Of a stretch of 64,000 nucleotides of DNA, positions 49,393 through 62,344 are shown piece after piece. Source of the stretch: Selaginella moellendorffii (lineage: Eukaryota; Plantae; Lycopodiophyta). The notes under the pieces were generated by a model. The model was not told the origin of the DNA and searched no databases. It worked only from the letters and a program-made list of their open reading frames with translations. The position numbers and the translations under genes were made by a program. Location of the stretch: the NCBI RefSeq assembly GCF_000143415.4, contig NW_003314284.1:496001-560000 (forward strand), written 5' to 3'. Position 1 is the stretch's first letter. Each line of letters opens with the position of its first letter.

Positions 49393-49884
49393 CTTTGAGA
49401 CGCCTCTGGCTCGCAAGAAGTTATCTAAGGCAACGATGAACAAAATAGAATTTTTCTTCTATCAGCGATTCGTTGAAACGACTTGGAGGAGATCCTTGGA
49501 AAGCTTCGTTCCGCTACATCTTTAAAGAAAAGAGTGGACCTTGGTGAAGAAGAAGAAGTGAAACACGCAAGTAAATATGAAGAGTGTTCCTTTGGCCCCG
49601 TCAAAGGAACTGTTATTGCCATTGACATTCATCGTCAACCACTTCATGCAAGGATTTGTTTTCCAGTAAGGTGGCAGGTCAAGCGCCGCTTGGCAATACG
49701 ACCATCTTCGTGAGTCTTGTTAATCAGATCCTCTAGCGGCGAGAAATTGGCCTGGACAGAAACCATTGTCTCCAGATGTTTCGAAAGCCAGGGAGCCGCA
49801 CTAGAGCACCAATCACTGTTTTCTCTGCATTATTGGATTCCAGCCGACGCAAATCACCATCTTAAACACTCCCTTGTCCGAAAG

Positions 49885-49990
49885 GCCTAGATAAATCCAT
49901 GCGCCCCTCAAAGCGATGGGATGAGCTAGCCTTCCATTTTATCTGCTTGATCGAAATGTATGCAACATGTGGCAGCATGGACTCTCAGGT
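49885..49990 (+). pseudogene. PPR gene fragment
   Basis: Encodes LIEMYATCGSMD, the typical first-repeat motif (compare LIQAYGKCGSLDDA in the PPR at 12760-15312); no intact ORF. Confidence 0.5.
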
Positions 49991-50327
49991 ACCGATCTAT
50001 TGCACCTACCTCGGATTCTTCACCAACGAGTTTCTCGATCTACTTACAGGGAGCTGCACAATAGGATCGAACTTTAGCTTGCTATGAAAGTAAAAATAAT
50101 TTGCTACTCCAACTCTTGTCATTTTGATCAATTGGAAGTTTATAACTATAATCATGTTTATAATTTATCAACACAAGGCTCAAGAAAGGTTTTGGATATG
50201 GCATAGGATTAATATGTTATTATACAGCTCTTTATGAACACATTATAGATTGTTTTCCACACAGCCCAGCGTGTAAGTATGCATGGTTAACAGCTTTTTG
50301 CTTCTAGGCAGTATATTTGTATAACAC

Positions 50328-51093
50328 CAGATGGCTGTTGCTGGTGATCAACATCGCCGCTTAAGTTGTTCCTGGGCATGACCACTATGGTAAAAGTAGC
50401 TAGGCCGAATGGAGCCCGAGAGTTGGCAAGCTTCCAACTCCTGCACTGAGCCAGTTGCTAGAGAGAGTCAGAAAGGCGATCGCTGGAACGCTGCTTTGGA
50501 ACCGGTTACCAGAGATTCGAAATCACGCAGGCTTGACGTAAACAAGGAGCTTGGATCGCCCTCAGGTTACTAGAGGCGTAGAAACAGTTGGAGGAGGGAG
50601 GAATGCTTCCCGATATCTGGTTTACGTAGAACGCTGAAGAACCTGAGAGTGTCTCTATGGTAGACGTTTGGCGGCAGCAGTATCGTCGAGGCGATTGAGC
50701 GCTGCGTCGGACTCCTCGAGCTCGGAGTGGAGGCCGAACTCTTTTCGGGATCTCGCCGTCGAAGCTGTTTTGGAAGAGCCACACACGTTTTGAACAAGCT
50801 TGGAAGCGTGGCAAGCTCCACACCGCTCAGATTGTTGTCTTGGACGTAGGTGAACAAGCCAAGAAACGTTGCGAGGGAATGGCCAAGCTCCCAATCTTAC
50901 CAGATGTTTCTCCGCTTAGCTTGTTGTCCGTGACAAATCTTCTCAGGTTTCTCAACGTGACCTTCGCAAGAAAATAGCAGTAGTGTTCCTCTGGTATTTC
51001 CATTTGAAAATCATTTGATTCACCGTGAACCGCAAGGTGGCACGTCAAGGGCAACCTTGTTAATCAGATCCTCTGGCCTGGACAGAAAACCAT
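50328..51093 (-). pseudogene. Degraded tandem duplicate of the LRR-RLP, including part of its upstream region
   Basis: Blocks near-identical to ~48020-48830 (e.g. aagctgttttggaagagccacacacgttt, gcttgacgtaaacaaggagcttgga) with many deletions. 51034-51093 matches upstream 49667-49768. Confidence 0.92.
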
Positions 51094-51160
51094 GCGCTAA
51101 CTTTTGTTTTAGAAATTCAAACAAGAAAATACTATAGATCTAGTACTAGCGTAGCTGTAC

Positions 51161-52647
51161 TCAAACACTTGGATCGTTTACGTGTCCGACGAAGAGCACC
51201 ACCCCAGTGGCATCCTCTCTCACCAAAAACATAAACGGATGATCCGCCACGAAGTCTTCGGGCTCCATCTGCACATTCAAAGCCCGGAGTGTCACCACCG
51301 CGGCGCTGGCGGCGGCGGCCTCGGTCCCCTCCTCGTTCACCTCCACAAACGCCTTGTGAAAAACGTCCGAGATGAAGAGATCGTCCCCCGGAGAGCCTTC
51401 CACCATGCCCGAGAAGTCGGCGTGCGGCGGCGAGAATGCGAGGTCCAAGCCCATCCGCTTGAGCAGCTCCGGCGCTTGGACCCCCAGCGAGATCTTGAAC
51501 TTCGGGAGCTGGAAGTCGCCCACTTCCACCTCGTGGATGCCCGCGAGCGCGTTTCCCATGGATTCGGCGTCGTGGAGGCTGCTGACGAGCGCCGGCAGGC
51601 CCTGGAGCTCGGCCGGGAGGAGAACGTACATGGAAAAGCTGCGTGGGTCGTCGCCGCGCTGGTAGGGGAGGCGGAGGACCTTGAAGGAGCCGTGGTTCTT
51701 GATAAAGTGCTTCTTGCTGCTGCGCATCATAAGGACTTCCTTGGTCTTGCCGCTGGGGAGGTGGAAGATCCCGTCGCGGGTTTGCGATGGATCCAGCTGC
51801 TTCTGCCAGGCGCCCTTGAAGTAGATCGCGCTGGCGAGGATGAGGCGGGTTTGGGGATCCACCGAGCCCTCGGGGAGGAGCTCCTCGATCTTCTTCTTGG
51901 TTGCCTCCGCCACCCACGAGTTGACGAGACCGCGGGATTCTTGTGCCTGGCATCTCAGTTCGCTATGTGAGAACTATCCAAGAACTCAAAGAAACAAAGC
52001 AATTCATGATCGCCCAAGCTCGAAGGAAAGACGATTCATGAATCACATCGATCACATCGATCAAAGAAACAAAATCACGATCGCCCAAAGAAAAATACAA
52101 TCTATCGACCATCAAGCAGTGAAGAGAGAAAAGCATGAGCACTTAAGAAAAAGCAAACAGTCGCTCCAATCAAAGAAGAGAGAAAGTGAAGAGCAAACTT
52201 TACCTTGTTCTTGAAATCCACGGGCCTGGCAGAAGCTCCATAGTTCTTCTCGATGATCTCCTTGTACTCGCCGCGGAGCTTCAAGCTCTGCTCCACCCAG
52301 ACTCCATTGGCGAGGCTGAGCTCCGGCGCGCGGGGATCCGATCGCGCCACGCCCAGCAGCACCGAATTGAGCTGCTGCGCGAAATCGTGCATGAGAGACC
52401 CGTTTGGCAGCCTGACCACGGAGGTGAGCTGCTCCAGCGTCTGGCCCTTTGCTCCCGCGGCCGCCATCGCCATGGCCATGGCAATGCTAAGCGGAGACAG
52501 CACCACATTCTTCTCGTTGTGCTGCTCCTCTCGATCGGTGCTGCTGCTGCCCTGTGGCTTGGATTCCTGCTGCTGCTGCTGCCATACCTGCTTGTAGAGA
52601 TCGAGCGTGAAGCTCGTCTGATCGTGGATCATCCGGACCAGCTCCAT
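51161..52647 (-). CDS. Serpin, LR-type (P2-P1 Leu-Arg); intron 51947-52203
   Basis: NVVLSPLSI, LANGVW, IYFKGAW, LPKFKI, hinge EVNEEGTEAAAAS, RCL VVTLR-AL, FVADHPFMF. Confidence 0.96.
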
Positions 52648-53822
52648 GTCGGTGGTGGTGGTATGCTAGTGAAGATGACCTAATGAGATTAGTGTGTTGT
52701 TGCCTGGCACGCGCTCTTTTTAAATTAAAGGTCATGGACACGTCATAGATTGATCACAGTGAAATACCTTGACGAATCCACCACAGCCGAAGAGGAGTGC
52801 CACCATTGCCTCAAAGTTGAGCGTCTTATAAGTATTTATTTTTTTAGATAAATTTTAAAAATGTAAATATATGTACATATTACCTTGCCTAGGTATATAA
52901 TAATATAACATATGAATTGTTTATTCGGGATTGAATCTACTCCATCCATTTTGTATATAAATAAGGGTATAAATCCCAATCAATATAATTATTTCTATAT
53001 CTTGAGCACATATTTATATTTATCTTATGGTGGTGAAGTGTTTTATTAAAAAAGCTCATCTATTTTTTTCTTCTTCCATAATATTTCTTCCTCAATTTTT
53101 CTTACTTTCTCCTTTTTGTATTAATGCTTTAAACACTTTTTTGTTCAAAGAAGGGGGGATAAAGGATGGACATGAGTCTAACTTTAATAATAGAGTGAGA
53201 ATGAGTGGATATGGTAGTGGAATGAGTATGAGCCCAAATCCTAATCCACATATTTATAACTTTCATAAAGAGTTATATTGAATAGTTGTAATAATGGAGT
53301 GAGGTCGAATATACATGGTAAAATAAAAATTACCACAACAAATCAAATGTTTCAAAATTTACATTTTCTTTGAAAAAGGCATAAAAAGAATGTAAAAGAT
53401 AAATGGAGTAAGTCTAACTCCTTATATGCGGTGTTAGATGAAGGTGAAAGTGATAAATCTGAGTTAATACAAGTCTTAAATATTAATCCAAGGAAAGTAA
53501 ATGATTATAAATTTAAGTTAATAGAGTTGGTGGGCAGACTTAAAGGTAGGATGTGTTATTTGCTATAATAACATTTTGTAAATTGAAATGACTCTTAAAG
53601 TCCTTTCCTTTAATTTAGTATTAGGCTTCAAGGTTAGTAGCTGCACTCTAAACCCTATAATTACTAATAAATAAATTTGAAATTAATATAGTTTAAAACA
53701 TCTAATCATTAATTTTTGTTTTAGCTACTAATTTTAAAATGTGACAAATTAGTTTTATGAGTACTTAAGATATGGGAATAAATACATTAATTGGGGTTAA
53801 AACCCCTACTTATATACATGAA

Positions 53823-54033
53823 TAGATGGACCAGATTTGAAAATTTTGGACCATAGTCTATAATCATGTAACAAAACTTTCAAATGTTTCATTTAAGTTA
53901 TTTCATTTTTTCATTTTCTAGAAGGGAGGATAGTGTAATGTTTGTAAATATATATATATATATATAACACTTTACCTAAGTAATTTTAATTATAGTACTA
54001 TAATGTATAGAATTTCTAAATCTGGTCCATCTA
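53823..54033. mobile_element. MITE-like element
   Basis: Perfect 16-bp inverted termini TAGATGGACCAGATTT / AAATCTGGTCCATCTA, extending imperfectly to ~23 bp, around an AT-rich ~180-bp core. Confidence 0.6.
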
Positions 54034-54882
54034 AATTATAATTAAATACCTAATAATAAGTTAATATAATAATTACTTTGTGATTGTCTATGATAAGAGG
54101 AAGTTTATATAGAAAAAAGGAGGTTAAATGTCAAATTATTTATTTCAAAGTTGAAATGTCATTTTCACACATTTCAAAATAAAATATTAACAGAAAAGCC
54201 TAAAGTATAAGTTTGTTTAACATATTAAATGAATTTAATTTAAATTATCATAACATAGCTAATAAAAACGTTATTTTATTTAAATTTTATATAACATAAT
54301 TTGTAGTGCATAACATGAATAGCATAATTTATAACATAAATATTATACTTTTAAAACTTTATTGAGTTTAAAAATTAATCTCCTCTACTATTACAAAATC
54401 CTTCTAATGAGTACAATTTAAAATTTAATTTAAATATACTTAGTGTATTTAATATATTATATTTATTATTTTTCTAAAAAAATATTTATAAAATTAAATT
54501 TCAAAGTGTGTATAACATTTTTTGGGTTTTGGGTTGTAGATTGGATAGTGTGAATAAATACAAACATGGAAAATGAAAATTTTATTTATATTATTACTAT
54601 GTTTTTATATATAATTTACATATATTATTGAACATATGTAAAGTAGTAAAATGATGTGCCAAGTATCTTCTGTCTCATTATAAATATTTTTGTAAAAAAA
54701 AGTATAAATATCATATTATATAGAATATGTTTATGTTTTTCTTCCATTTATTTTTATTTATATAAGTTGTTATATGTTTTAGTTTTTTAATTAAATATAA
54801 TTTTAATTTTAATTTTTAGAAAATTAGTTATTTTATATACAACCAAATTTTTATCCTTTAGTCTTTTATAATATTAATTCAT

Positions 54883-54885
<3 letters not shown>

Positions 54886-54928
<43 letters not shown>
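54886..54928. repeat. (TA)n microsatellite
   Basis: About 21 uninterrupted TA units. Confidence 0.95.
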
Positions 54929-54932
<4 letters not shown>

Positions 54933-55527
54933 TTATTAGGCAAAGTAACTATCTTTAAAATGATGTAACTATTTATGTTTTTAAGTTATTATAAATAAAT
55001 TATATTATTATATTGTTATAAATACTTTTATTTTCCTAATATAAATTTATTTGGAAAAAATAGTTTGAAAATAATTAAAGCATAATATCAAATTTATTAT
55101 TAACACAATAGTAAGTCCACGTTTATATTTAATTACATCTGTAAAATAATATAAGTACATGACTTAAGTAATTAAGGACACTAGTAAAATTATATTCCGG
55201 GATTGGGCTTTTTGGGCGGGTGTGCGCTGTGTGAGAGAATCTCGCGCCAGGGTACGCAAGATCGGCGCTATTCCTTGGCCGCACATCGCAATCCGAGCTC
55301 CGGCGGGCTGCCGCGAGCTGATTCATCTCCGCGATCGCTGCCCGCCCCTTCAAATGTGGCTTCTTGCGTGCTGCTCAAGCAACGCAATTTAGATGCGCCG
55401 GGAGGCAGTGGCGTCTGCGGCGGCGCCGAGACGACGCCCGGGGGCAGCGGCGGCGGTGAGGCGTTGAGGCGGCGATGGGCGCTGGAGTTCTAGGTCTTGG
55501 TGCGCAATTGCTGGTGGGCTAGGTCAT

Positions 55528-56375
55528 ATGGCACAGACTGCTGCGGGAGGCAATGGATCGGGGGAAAGATCCGTGAAATGCTCGTACAGGAGGGTCACCA
55601 TGCTGATTTGCACCGTGAATTTGATCGCGGTGCTCTATGTTCTTCACAGCTTGCTAGGTCCCCGCTACTTGAGCTCCTCGTTAGCTAGCGTTGCTCGTGG
55701 TGGTCACGGTAAGCTTGCCTCTTTCTTTCCTTCTTTTTCGTCTTCTTTTCCTCTCTCGTTCGTTCTTCCTTCTTTCCTTCTTTCGTTCTTCCTTTTTTTC
55801 TTTCTTTCGTATGAGAAAAATTCAGCTCTAGGAAAATGTGCCTGGCCAAAGGAAGAACTTGTCAAGCGGGGATGTTTACTTGTCTCTCCTTCTTTCCCGC
55901 TTTGACAAAAAACTATTTTTTTCTTTGAACCTTACTCGATTTCATTCCAGCGACTAAGTACTCCGAGGAGGAGCTCCAGAAAATACGAGAGTCGCTGGAG
56001 GCCCGGAAAGCAGTGGAGCCTCACGAACTTATGAGACGGGTTTGTTCGTTCTTTTCTCTCTTTAGATCGCAAGAACAAAGTGAGCTAAAACAACAAATGG
56101 TGTTGCGAATCCAGGTGAAGGAGATTCAAGACGAGGCCGATTCCGATGTGTCCAGGACCAAAGAAATCGGCAATGCCCGGCAGAGAGCCGCAGACGTGCT
56201 CGCGCAGCGTCTCAAGGAGCTCAAGGAAGTGAACAACCAGATAAATCAGCAAGGTAACCTCTGATTCCTTTCGTGACTGTCAAAAAAAATCTCAAGGCTT
56301 CCCTTCCAAGCAGCGCTCGAGGAGTGGCGGAAGAAGAGGCTTGAAGGCGTCAAGAAACGCAAAGAAAAGATGTAA
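55528..56375 (+). CDS. Uncharacterised plant type-II membrane/coiled-coil protein (4 exons)
   Basis: CSYRRVTMLICTVNLIAVLYVL TM; spliced exons KYSEEELQKIRESLEARKAVEPHELMRR, VKEIQ..., ALEEWRKKRLE...KM*. Confidence 0.8.
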
Positions 56376-56505
56376 AAATCACACACAGTCACACGAGAGA
56401 AAGCATCCTTTATTATTCGTATATAAAAGGTTTTCAAATTCGATTTCCCGGGAAGGGAGGAGCCCTAGAAAAAGAGCAAAGGTTTTTTAGGGTTTGTGGA
56501 GCGCG

Positions 56506-56955
56506 ATGGATCCAATTAGCTTGAAGCGAAGGAGGCGACGGGGAAAGAGAGGGGGTAAGCGCAGCCGAAGCATCAATTACAACCATGGGAAGTCGTTCGC
56601 ACCATCGAATTCGCCCCCTGAGGGCGACGCTCATCCCTTTGCTCGATTCGGCCCACAGGTAAGAACAGCTGATTGCTCAGTCCCCTATGGCGGCAATTGG
56701 AGTGGAGTGAGTGGAATCGGAGGCAGCGCGGGCGCGATGGACGAGCCCTACGTCCCTGAATTTGTCGTGGCCCCGCCTGTCGGTGCGATCGATGCTCCGC
56801 GGTTCATCTCTCCAATTCCGACTAGTTTATTGAGATTTGGCGAAGCCGGTGGTGGCGGCGGAGGGGGGAAAGGATTGCTTGCGTCGCAAAAGCAACCCCC
56901 CTTTTTCAGCCTGGATGATCTGCCCGAGTTTGTCTTCCCTACATACGCTTTCTAA
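56506..56955 (+). CDS. Hypothetical protein with basic NLS-like N-terminus
   Basis: MDPISLKRRRRRGKRGGKR; telo-box TTAGGGTTT just upstream; a possible internal intron (CAG|GTAAGA at ~56659). Confidence 0.45.
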   Translation: MDPISLKRRRRRGKRGGKRSRSINYNHGKSFAPSNSPPEGDAHPFARFGPQVRTADCSVPYGGNWSGVSGIGGSAGAMDEPYVPEFVVAPPVGAIDAPRFISPIPTSLLRFGEAGGGGGGGKGLLASQKQPPFFSLDDLPEFVFPTYAF

Positions 56956-57565
56956 TCACCATAAAAAATCTAAGCCTCAAATTAAACATGGCACAAACCT
57001 GACAAACCCGATGTCATTAGCTCTCGTTTGCCACGAAAGGCCAGAAATTCTGACAAAAGTATGTTTACATTTGAATGTCATTATCTCTCCTAAGTCTTTG
57101 TTTGTCATAAAAGGCCAGAATTAATAATATGTTATCATAGACCATACACAGAGGACCAGCTTCTTGAACAAAACTGGATCCAGCCTCAATTGTCGAACTG
57201 CTTGGGATTGTCACTAAAAAGGATTTTGCTGTCACCACCCGAGTTTGCAGCTCTTCACTACACAGGTCTTCTCCTTTCATCCCAAGTAACAAGCCAGTGC
57301 TAGAGTTTAAAGCATGATCTATATTCCATCACATGGGAACTCTCATATGATTGGAAAAACAGGATTATAGAACATACATTGTGGTGTCTTAATTTGGACG
57401 ATGACAGCTTATATAATCCTATGACAGCGTATAACTGATGAATGTTATAGCTGTGATAATGCTTGCACACGACCTCCTATGCTTACCTTTTGTTTAGGTT
57501 TCTAAACACCGAATTATCTTATGGGATCTAGAACAACATTTACAAATATACTTTATCAGACTCTT

Positions 57566-60390
57566 TCATGTTGGGGGCTCTGATGTAAGTAGCAGCGCCT
57601 GGATCTCGTCCAGCGTCTTCCCCCGCGTCTCAAATATCATCTGGCTCACGAAAACGGCCGCCACAACGCAAACCATGGCGAAGAACGCGTAGAGGGCCGC
57701 TGCGCCGTATTTGTGAAGCAGCTGTAGGAAGGTGAGGCCAACCACAAAGTTGACAATCTGTGGCATCAAAGAGAAACAAAGCTTCTTCTCAGTGTCTCGG
57801 CCGAGAAAATCCCATAGCGCTTACCCAGTGGATACACATTGCTATTGACATGGCTTTGGCTCTGATACCATCCGCAAAGAGCTCGGGTAACAAGAGGCCT
57901 GGAACCGGCCCGGCTCCCAGCGCGAACATCATCACATACCTGCATTTTTTTCCCTCACAAGACAAGGTAGTGAGAAATAAAGACACGTTTGCTTACGTTA
58001 GAGTCGAAAAGACGGCGAGACTGCCCTGAATTGGTGCTAGCAGCGGGAATGCAGCTGCTGACGCTTGAATCGCCATGGCTACACCCTGCAACATCAAGAA
58101 AAAGGAGGAGATATACAGTTGTAGGGTTTTAAACTTGTATACCATGCCAGAGAAGCTAAGGATCAAAAGCGGTCTCCTGCCTTGCCTGTCCATGAGATAC
58201 GTTGCCAGTAAAGATGCTACATAAACGGCATAAGCAGGCTCAGATCTGTCGACCACCTCGAATGTGGAGAGACGTACCGAAAAGATTTGCTATTCCAACA
58301 CATATGCTCGCGTAGACGTCAGAAGTGATTCCCGCCTGCCTGAAAACCGTGGACGAAAAGTAGAACACGGCGTTGATTCCTGCGAGCTGTTGGAACGCAA
58401 AAAGTGCAGCTCCAATCAGGACAACTGCAGAGTGAAGTTTTGGAAACAAGTGTTGCATAAAAAAAGAGCTGTATGCGTACCTCTAGAATACTGCCGATCC
58501 AATAAATCACACCATGAACGTCTTCGCCCGGCTTCAAGCTGCTCTTTTACCAGAAGATCGGACATCGCTTCTTTGACGTGCAGGGGGCCCCAAAGTCGTT
58601 CCAGCGACATCTCGGCTTTCCCATATTGCTTCCTCTGTAGCACAGCATCAGTCGGAAAAGTGGGAAAGGAAAAATTAAAAACAAAAGAGCTACCTTGAAA
58701 AGCCAGCGAGGGCTCTCAGCACAAAACTGCATTGCTACCGCAAGTAAGACAGCAGGTCCTGTTGATATCCAAAAGCAAACCCTCCACCTGCAATTTCTTA
58801 ACTTGACAATCGAAACACCTTTAAGTGATTGAAGTTCACCAGCCGATGATGGAAGAGGAGGGAAATCCAGCTACAAGTGCTCCAAGGATCCCACAACATC
58901 CAGCAACTTGGAGCAAGCTTCCATACGCACCCCTCACAGCCGTCGGAGAAATCTGAAAGAAAGAAAAGGATGGCACTAACTATGACAAAACTCTTGGGTA
59001 TGGCTATCTTACCTCAGAAACATAGAGAGAAGCGAGTGGTCCACTGAGTCCCAATCCCACGCCCACGAGAAATCGGCCATAGAGCATCATCTTGAGAGAC
59101 ATAGAAGACGCACTACATTGATCGCAAGGCATGAGAAAACAAAGAGGGAAGAAATAAAATCAAGAGAAACATACCACAAAATGGCTCCGGCGATCATAGG
59201 AACGCTGCTCAGCTGAAACGCGCGGCGCCGCCCGACGCCATCCGCGATGAGGCCACTCGCTGCGCATCCTACAAACGCGCCTCCAAGGAGCAGACTCACC
59301 AGCAGCCCTGCGCCCCGGTCTCATCACCAAGAACTCTAAATTTTTTAGAGCACAGCACCTTGGGCTATGGCGCTTCCGCCAAATCCGAGGTCCTGAGCGA
59401 TGTACTGGAGTGGCACATTCACAACTCTGGAACGAAGAAAAGATATTCGCAAGGGAAGAAAATTCAAAGAAAAGTACCCGATGTGGTAGCCAAACAGGAC
59501 GGATGCGATCGTGGCCACAGCGACGTGAGGAAGCGAGAGATCCCAAGGCGGATCGGAGCGATGTGATGGAAATGTCACTGGAGGATCGCCTGCCTCTGCC
59601 ACAGAAAGAAAACATCCATGAATTCGGCCAAGAACAAGCAGAGAAGATCAAGAACACGGGAGCTATGCATTACAAAGAAACCTGGAGCTGATCGCTGCTG
59701 GTCCTCCCGTGCCGATGGCGTCGCCAGTAGGCGGATGTATCGAGAAGTCTCCCCGATCTTGAGCTTCACGACGGGATTAGAGATGTTCCTCTCCTCCTCC
59801 TTGGCGAGCACGAGCAGTCCACTGGTGTTCTTGAGAGAATCGACCAAACCCTGGCTGCCGCTGCTGCTCCTCGGACGATCTCCCCCTGATTCTTGGATGG
59901 TCGTGCTGCTCCCAGGGAAATTTTCGTTGCTGCCGCTTCGACAGATCAGCTCCACCGATCGCGGCGCTGCTCTGGACGATGCCGATCTTGCTGTTGTCAC
60001 AATCGTCGAGGAGCCGCGCGCTGGCGATCTAGATCTGGAGGCTCTTCCTCCTCCATATTCCCCTAGATGACCTATATTTCCTGTTCTTGGAGCCTGGAAG
60101 CGAACGGGGAGAGCCACGAAATCCAACCGCCTACCCGGGCGCCTGGCTCGCACCAAGGATTTACACTTGCAGCTTGACGATTTCGTGCGAGTCCAGAAGA
60201 ATCCCTGCTGTGACCTGTGGCAGATCGTCGCCCCGGGCGCCTCGAGCGCCTGCGAAAGCCCTAGAGCGCCGCTCCTGGCGTGTGGAAGAATCGGGCGCCT
60301 GCAAATGAGACCAGCGGATGGATGCCCTGGGAGAGAATTGGAAGAATGTGTCGCCTTGGATCGGTCACCAGGAGATGGATCCGTAGTCAT
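57566..60390 (-). CDS. Plastidic glucose transporter-like MFS sugar porter, multi-exon
   Basis: LPHVAVATIASVLFGYHIG, ADGVGRRRAF, AESPRWL, FQQLAGINAVFYFS, GAGPVPGLLLPE, ETRGKTLDEI. Start codon is uncertain. Confidence 0.92.
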
Positions 60391-62344
60391 AATCGATGCT
60401 TGAAAGCCAGCATTGCGATCGATGCTGTGAATATGAGGAGACGCTGTTCTTCCTTTTATAGGGATAGCAAGAACTAGACAGAGAAGAAGAAGCGGGAAGC
60501 TCAAAAGTCGCGGTACGAAAACAACCAATCTTCGCCATCGGAGATTATGACATATAAAATTCCGATCCAGAATTACAGAACGAAATCGGAGCTAGTCTGA
60601 TATGATGCCATTTCTGCTATAGAATTTTGTTCAGATATTTTAAAGTGTAGTGGATCAATAAACACTTATATAATTTTGCATATTTAACATTTATATGAGA
60701 AATATATTTAGAAAAATATGTTAACTACATTAGGGTACTGTTACATGTACATTTGGCTACTGTTATATGTATTAGATGTATTACTATAACAAATTTTATT
60801 GACATGTTTCACATGGTGAATAGTTTGTTTACAGAAGAACAAGTTTACTACAATAGCTTTTTCAAGTATAAACTACAAATAATTCAAATTTTTTTACTAA
60901 GAATTGTATTAAATACTAATAATAGCAACAACCTTAGAGCATCTCTGCACATTGTGAGACACTTTTTTGTATGATAATTGAAAGAATTGCATGCATACTA
61001 ACTCTTTTCTTTTTGTTTTTTAGTGCTATAGCACCAACCACTAGTCTATTGCATGTAGAACTTTCATCTAGTGGAGGTAAGAGTTGTATCTTTGTTTTCT
61101 ATTTCTAGAAAACTGATTCATTATTTTCTAAAAGAGACACAGCGATCAACAAATGCCTCCTTCTCCCGTATAAAAACTTGGAACTTTTCAAACTCCTGAG
61201 TAGATCAAACCATGAAGGATATACAGCATGGGGGAAAAATCATGTATAAGGATTTAACTTTGGTCATTTGACACCAAGAGGACTTTATCCTAGGTATTTT
61301 AATAAGAAAAGGATTTTCATATTAATTAGTTAAATATAAGTACATTTAATTTAGTGTTAAACATGCTAGTAGAATATACTATATGCCACATGTCAGGTCA
61401 TTTTCAAGAGTGAAAGCCGACTCGGTAAGACACTGTGTGCTACTTAAGTTAACGTAGCAGAATGTTGAAATTACCTCCAGGTAAAAAGAAGCATCCTTTA
61501 GTTACTGATTTTGCTTTTGGGAGGTAATCAACTCTAAGTTTTTGGAAGGTTGCCACATAAATAGAGATTGAGGATGATATTAAAGAATTGAATGATTATG
61601 CAACATTAAACATTGAAAGTAAAGTTACTGTTAGTTAGAGTTTGATGCAATTGAAGGCACAATGTTTTGCAAGATTTGCAAGGTAAATCCACGGACTAAG
61701 AATATTTTTGGTAAATAGGGTACTAGTAATTTATGAAAGAGTGCCTTATGTAGTCATGCTAACTCTGAAGATCACAAGGAGTTTGTATTTACTAAGGAGG
61801 TGCACAATAGGAACAACAATCAATTTCAAAAGCTACAACTAAACATTTACACCATGCTGAACAAGGGGTGTTTGTGTTATTTCATTCTACTTAATATATT
61901 GTGAAAGGATTTGCTCTATTCACTCATTTTCTAAAGCTAATTGAACTTCATTGATTTAATATGATGAACATTCCAAAATAATATCACAATGAGAAAGGTT
62001 GTTCACGACTAATAACTTCTATTAATGAGGTATGTTTAAGAGACTATGTTAATTTGATTCTAACATGGTTCATATTTCACTTTAGGTTATGGTTAAAAAT
62101 ATCTTACAAAAAGTCAGGGAAAGTCTTTATTTTGGATTGATGGTGGATGAATTGACTGATATAAGGTATTCCTTAATTTGGATTTATTAGTTTACTTATG
62201 ATTCAATTTATTTTCAGCATTGTGAAGCATTTGATTTTTTACATGACTTATATTGAATGTGGTTGTGTTGGTTGTGGACTTGGGGATTGTCAACATTGGT
62301 GATAATAGTGTAGCAAGTATGTTTAACTGCATTAGCGATATGTT

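Larger units (their letters stand above)
52830..55195. other. Very AT-rich non-coding island, probable TE debris
   Basis: Abrupt composition change; no credible ORF; contains a MITE-like element and (TA)n tracts. Confidence 0.6.
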
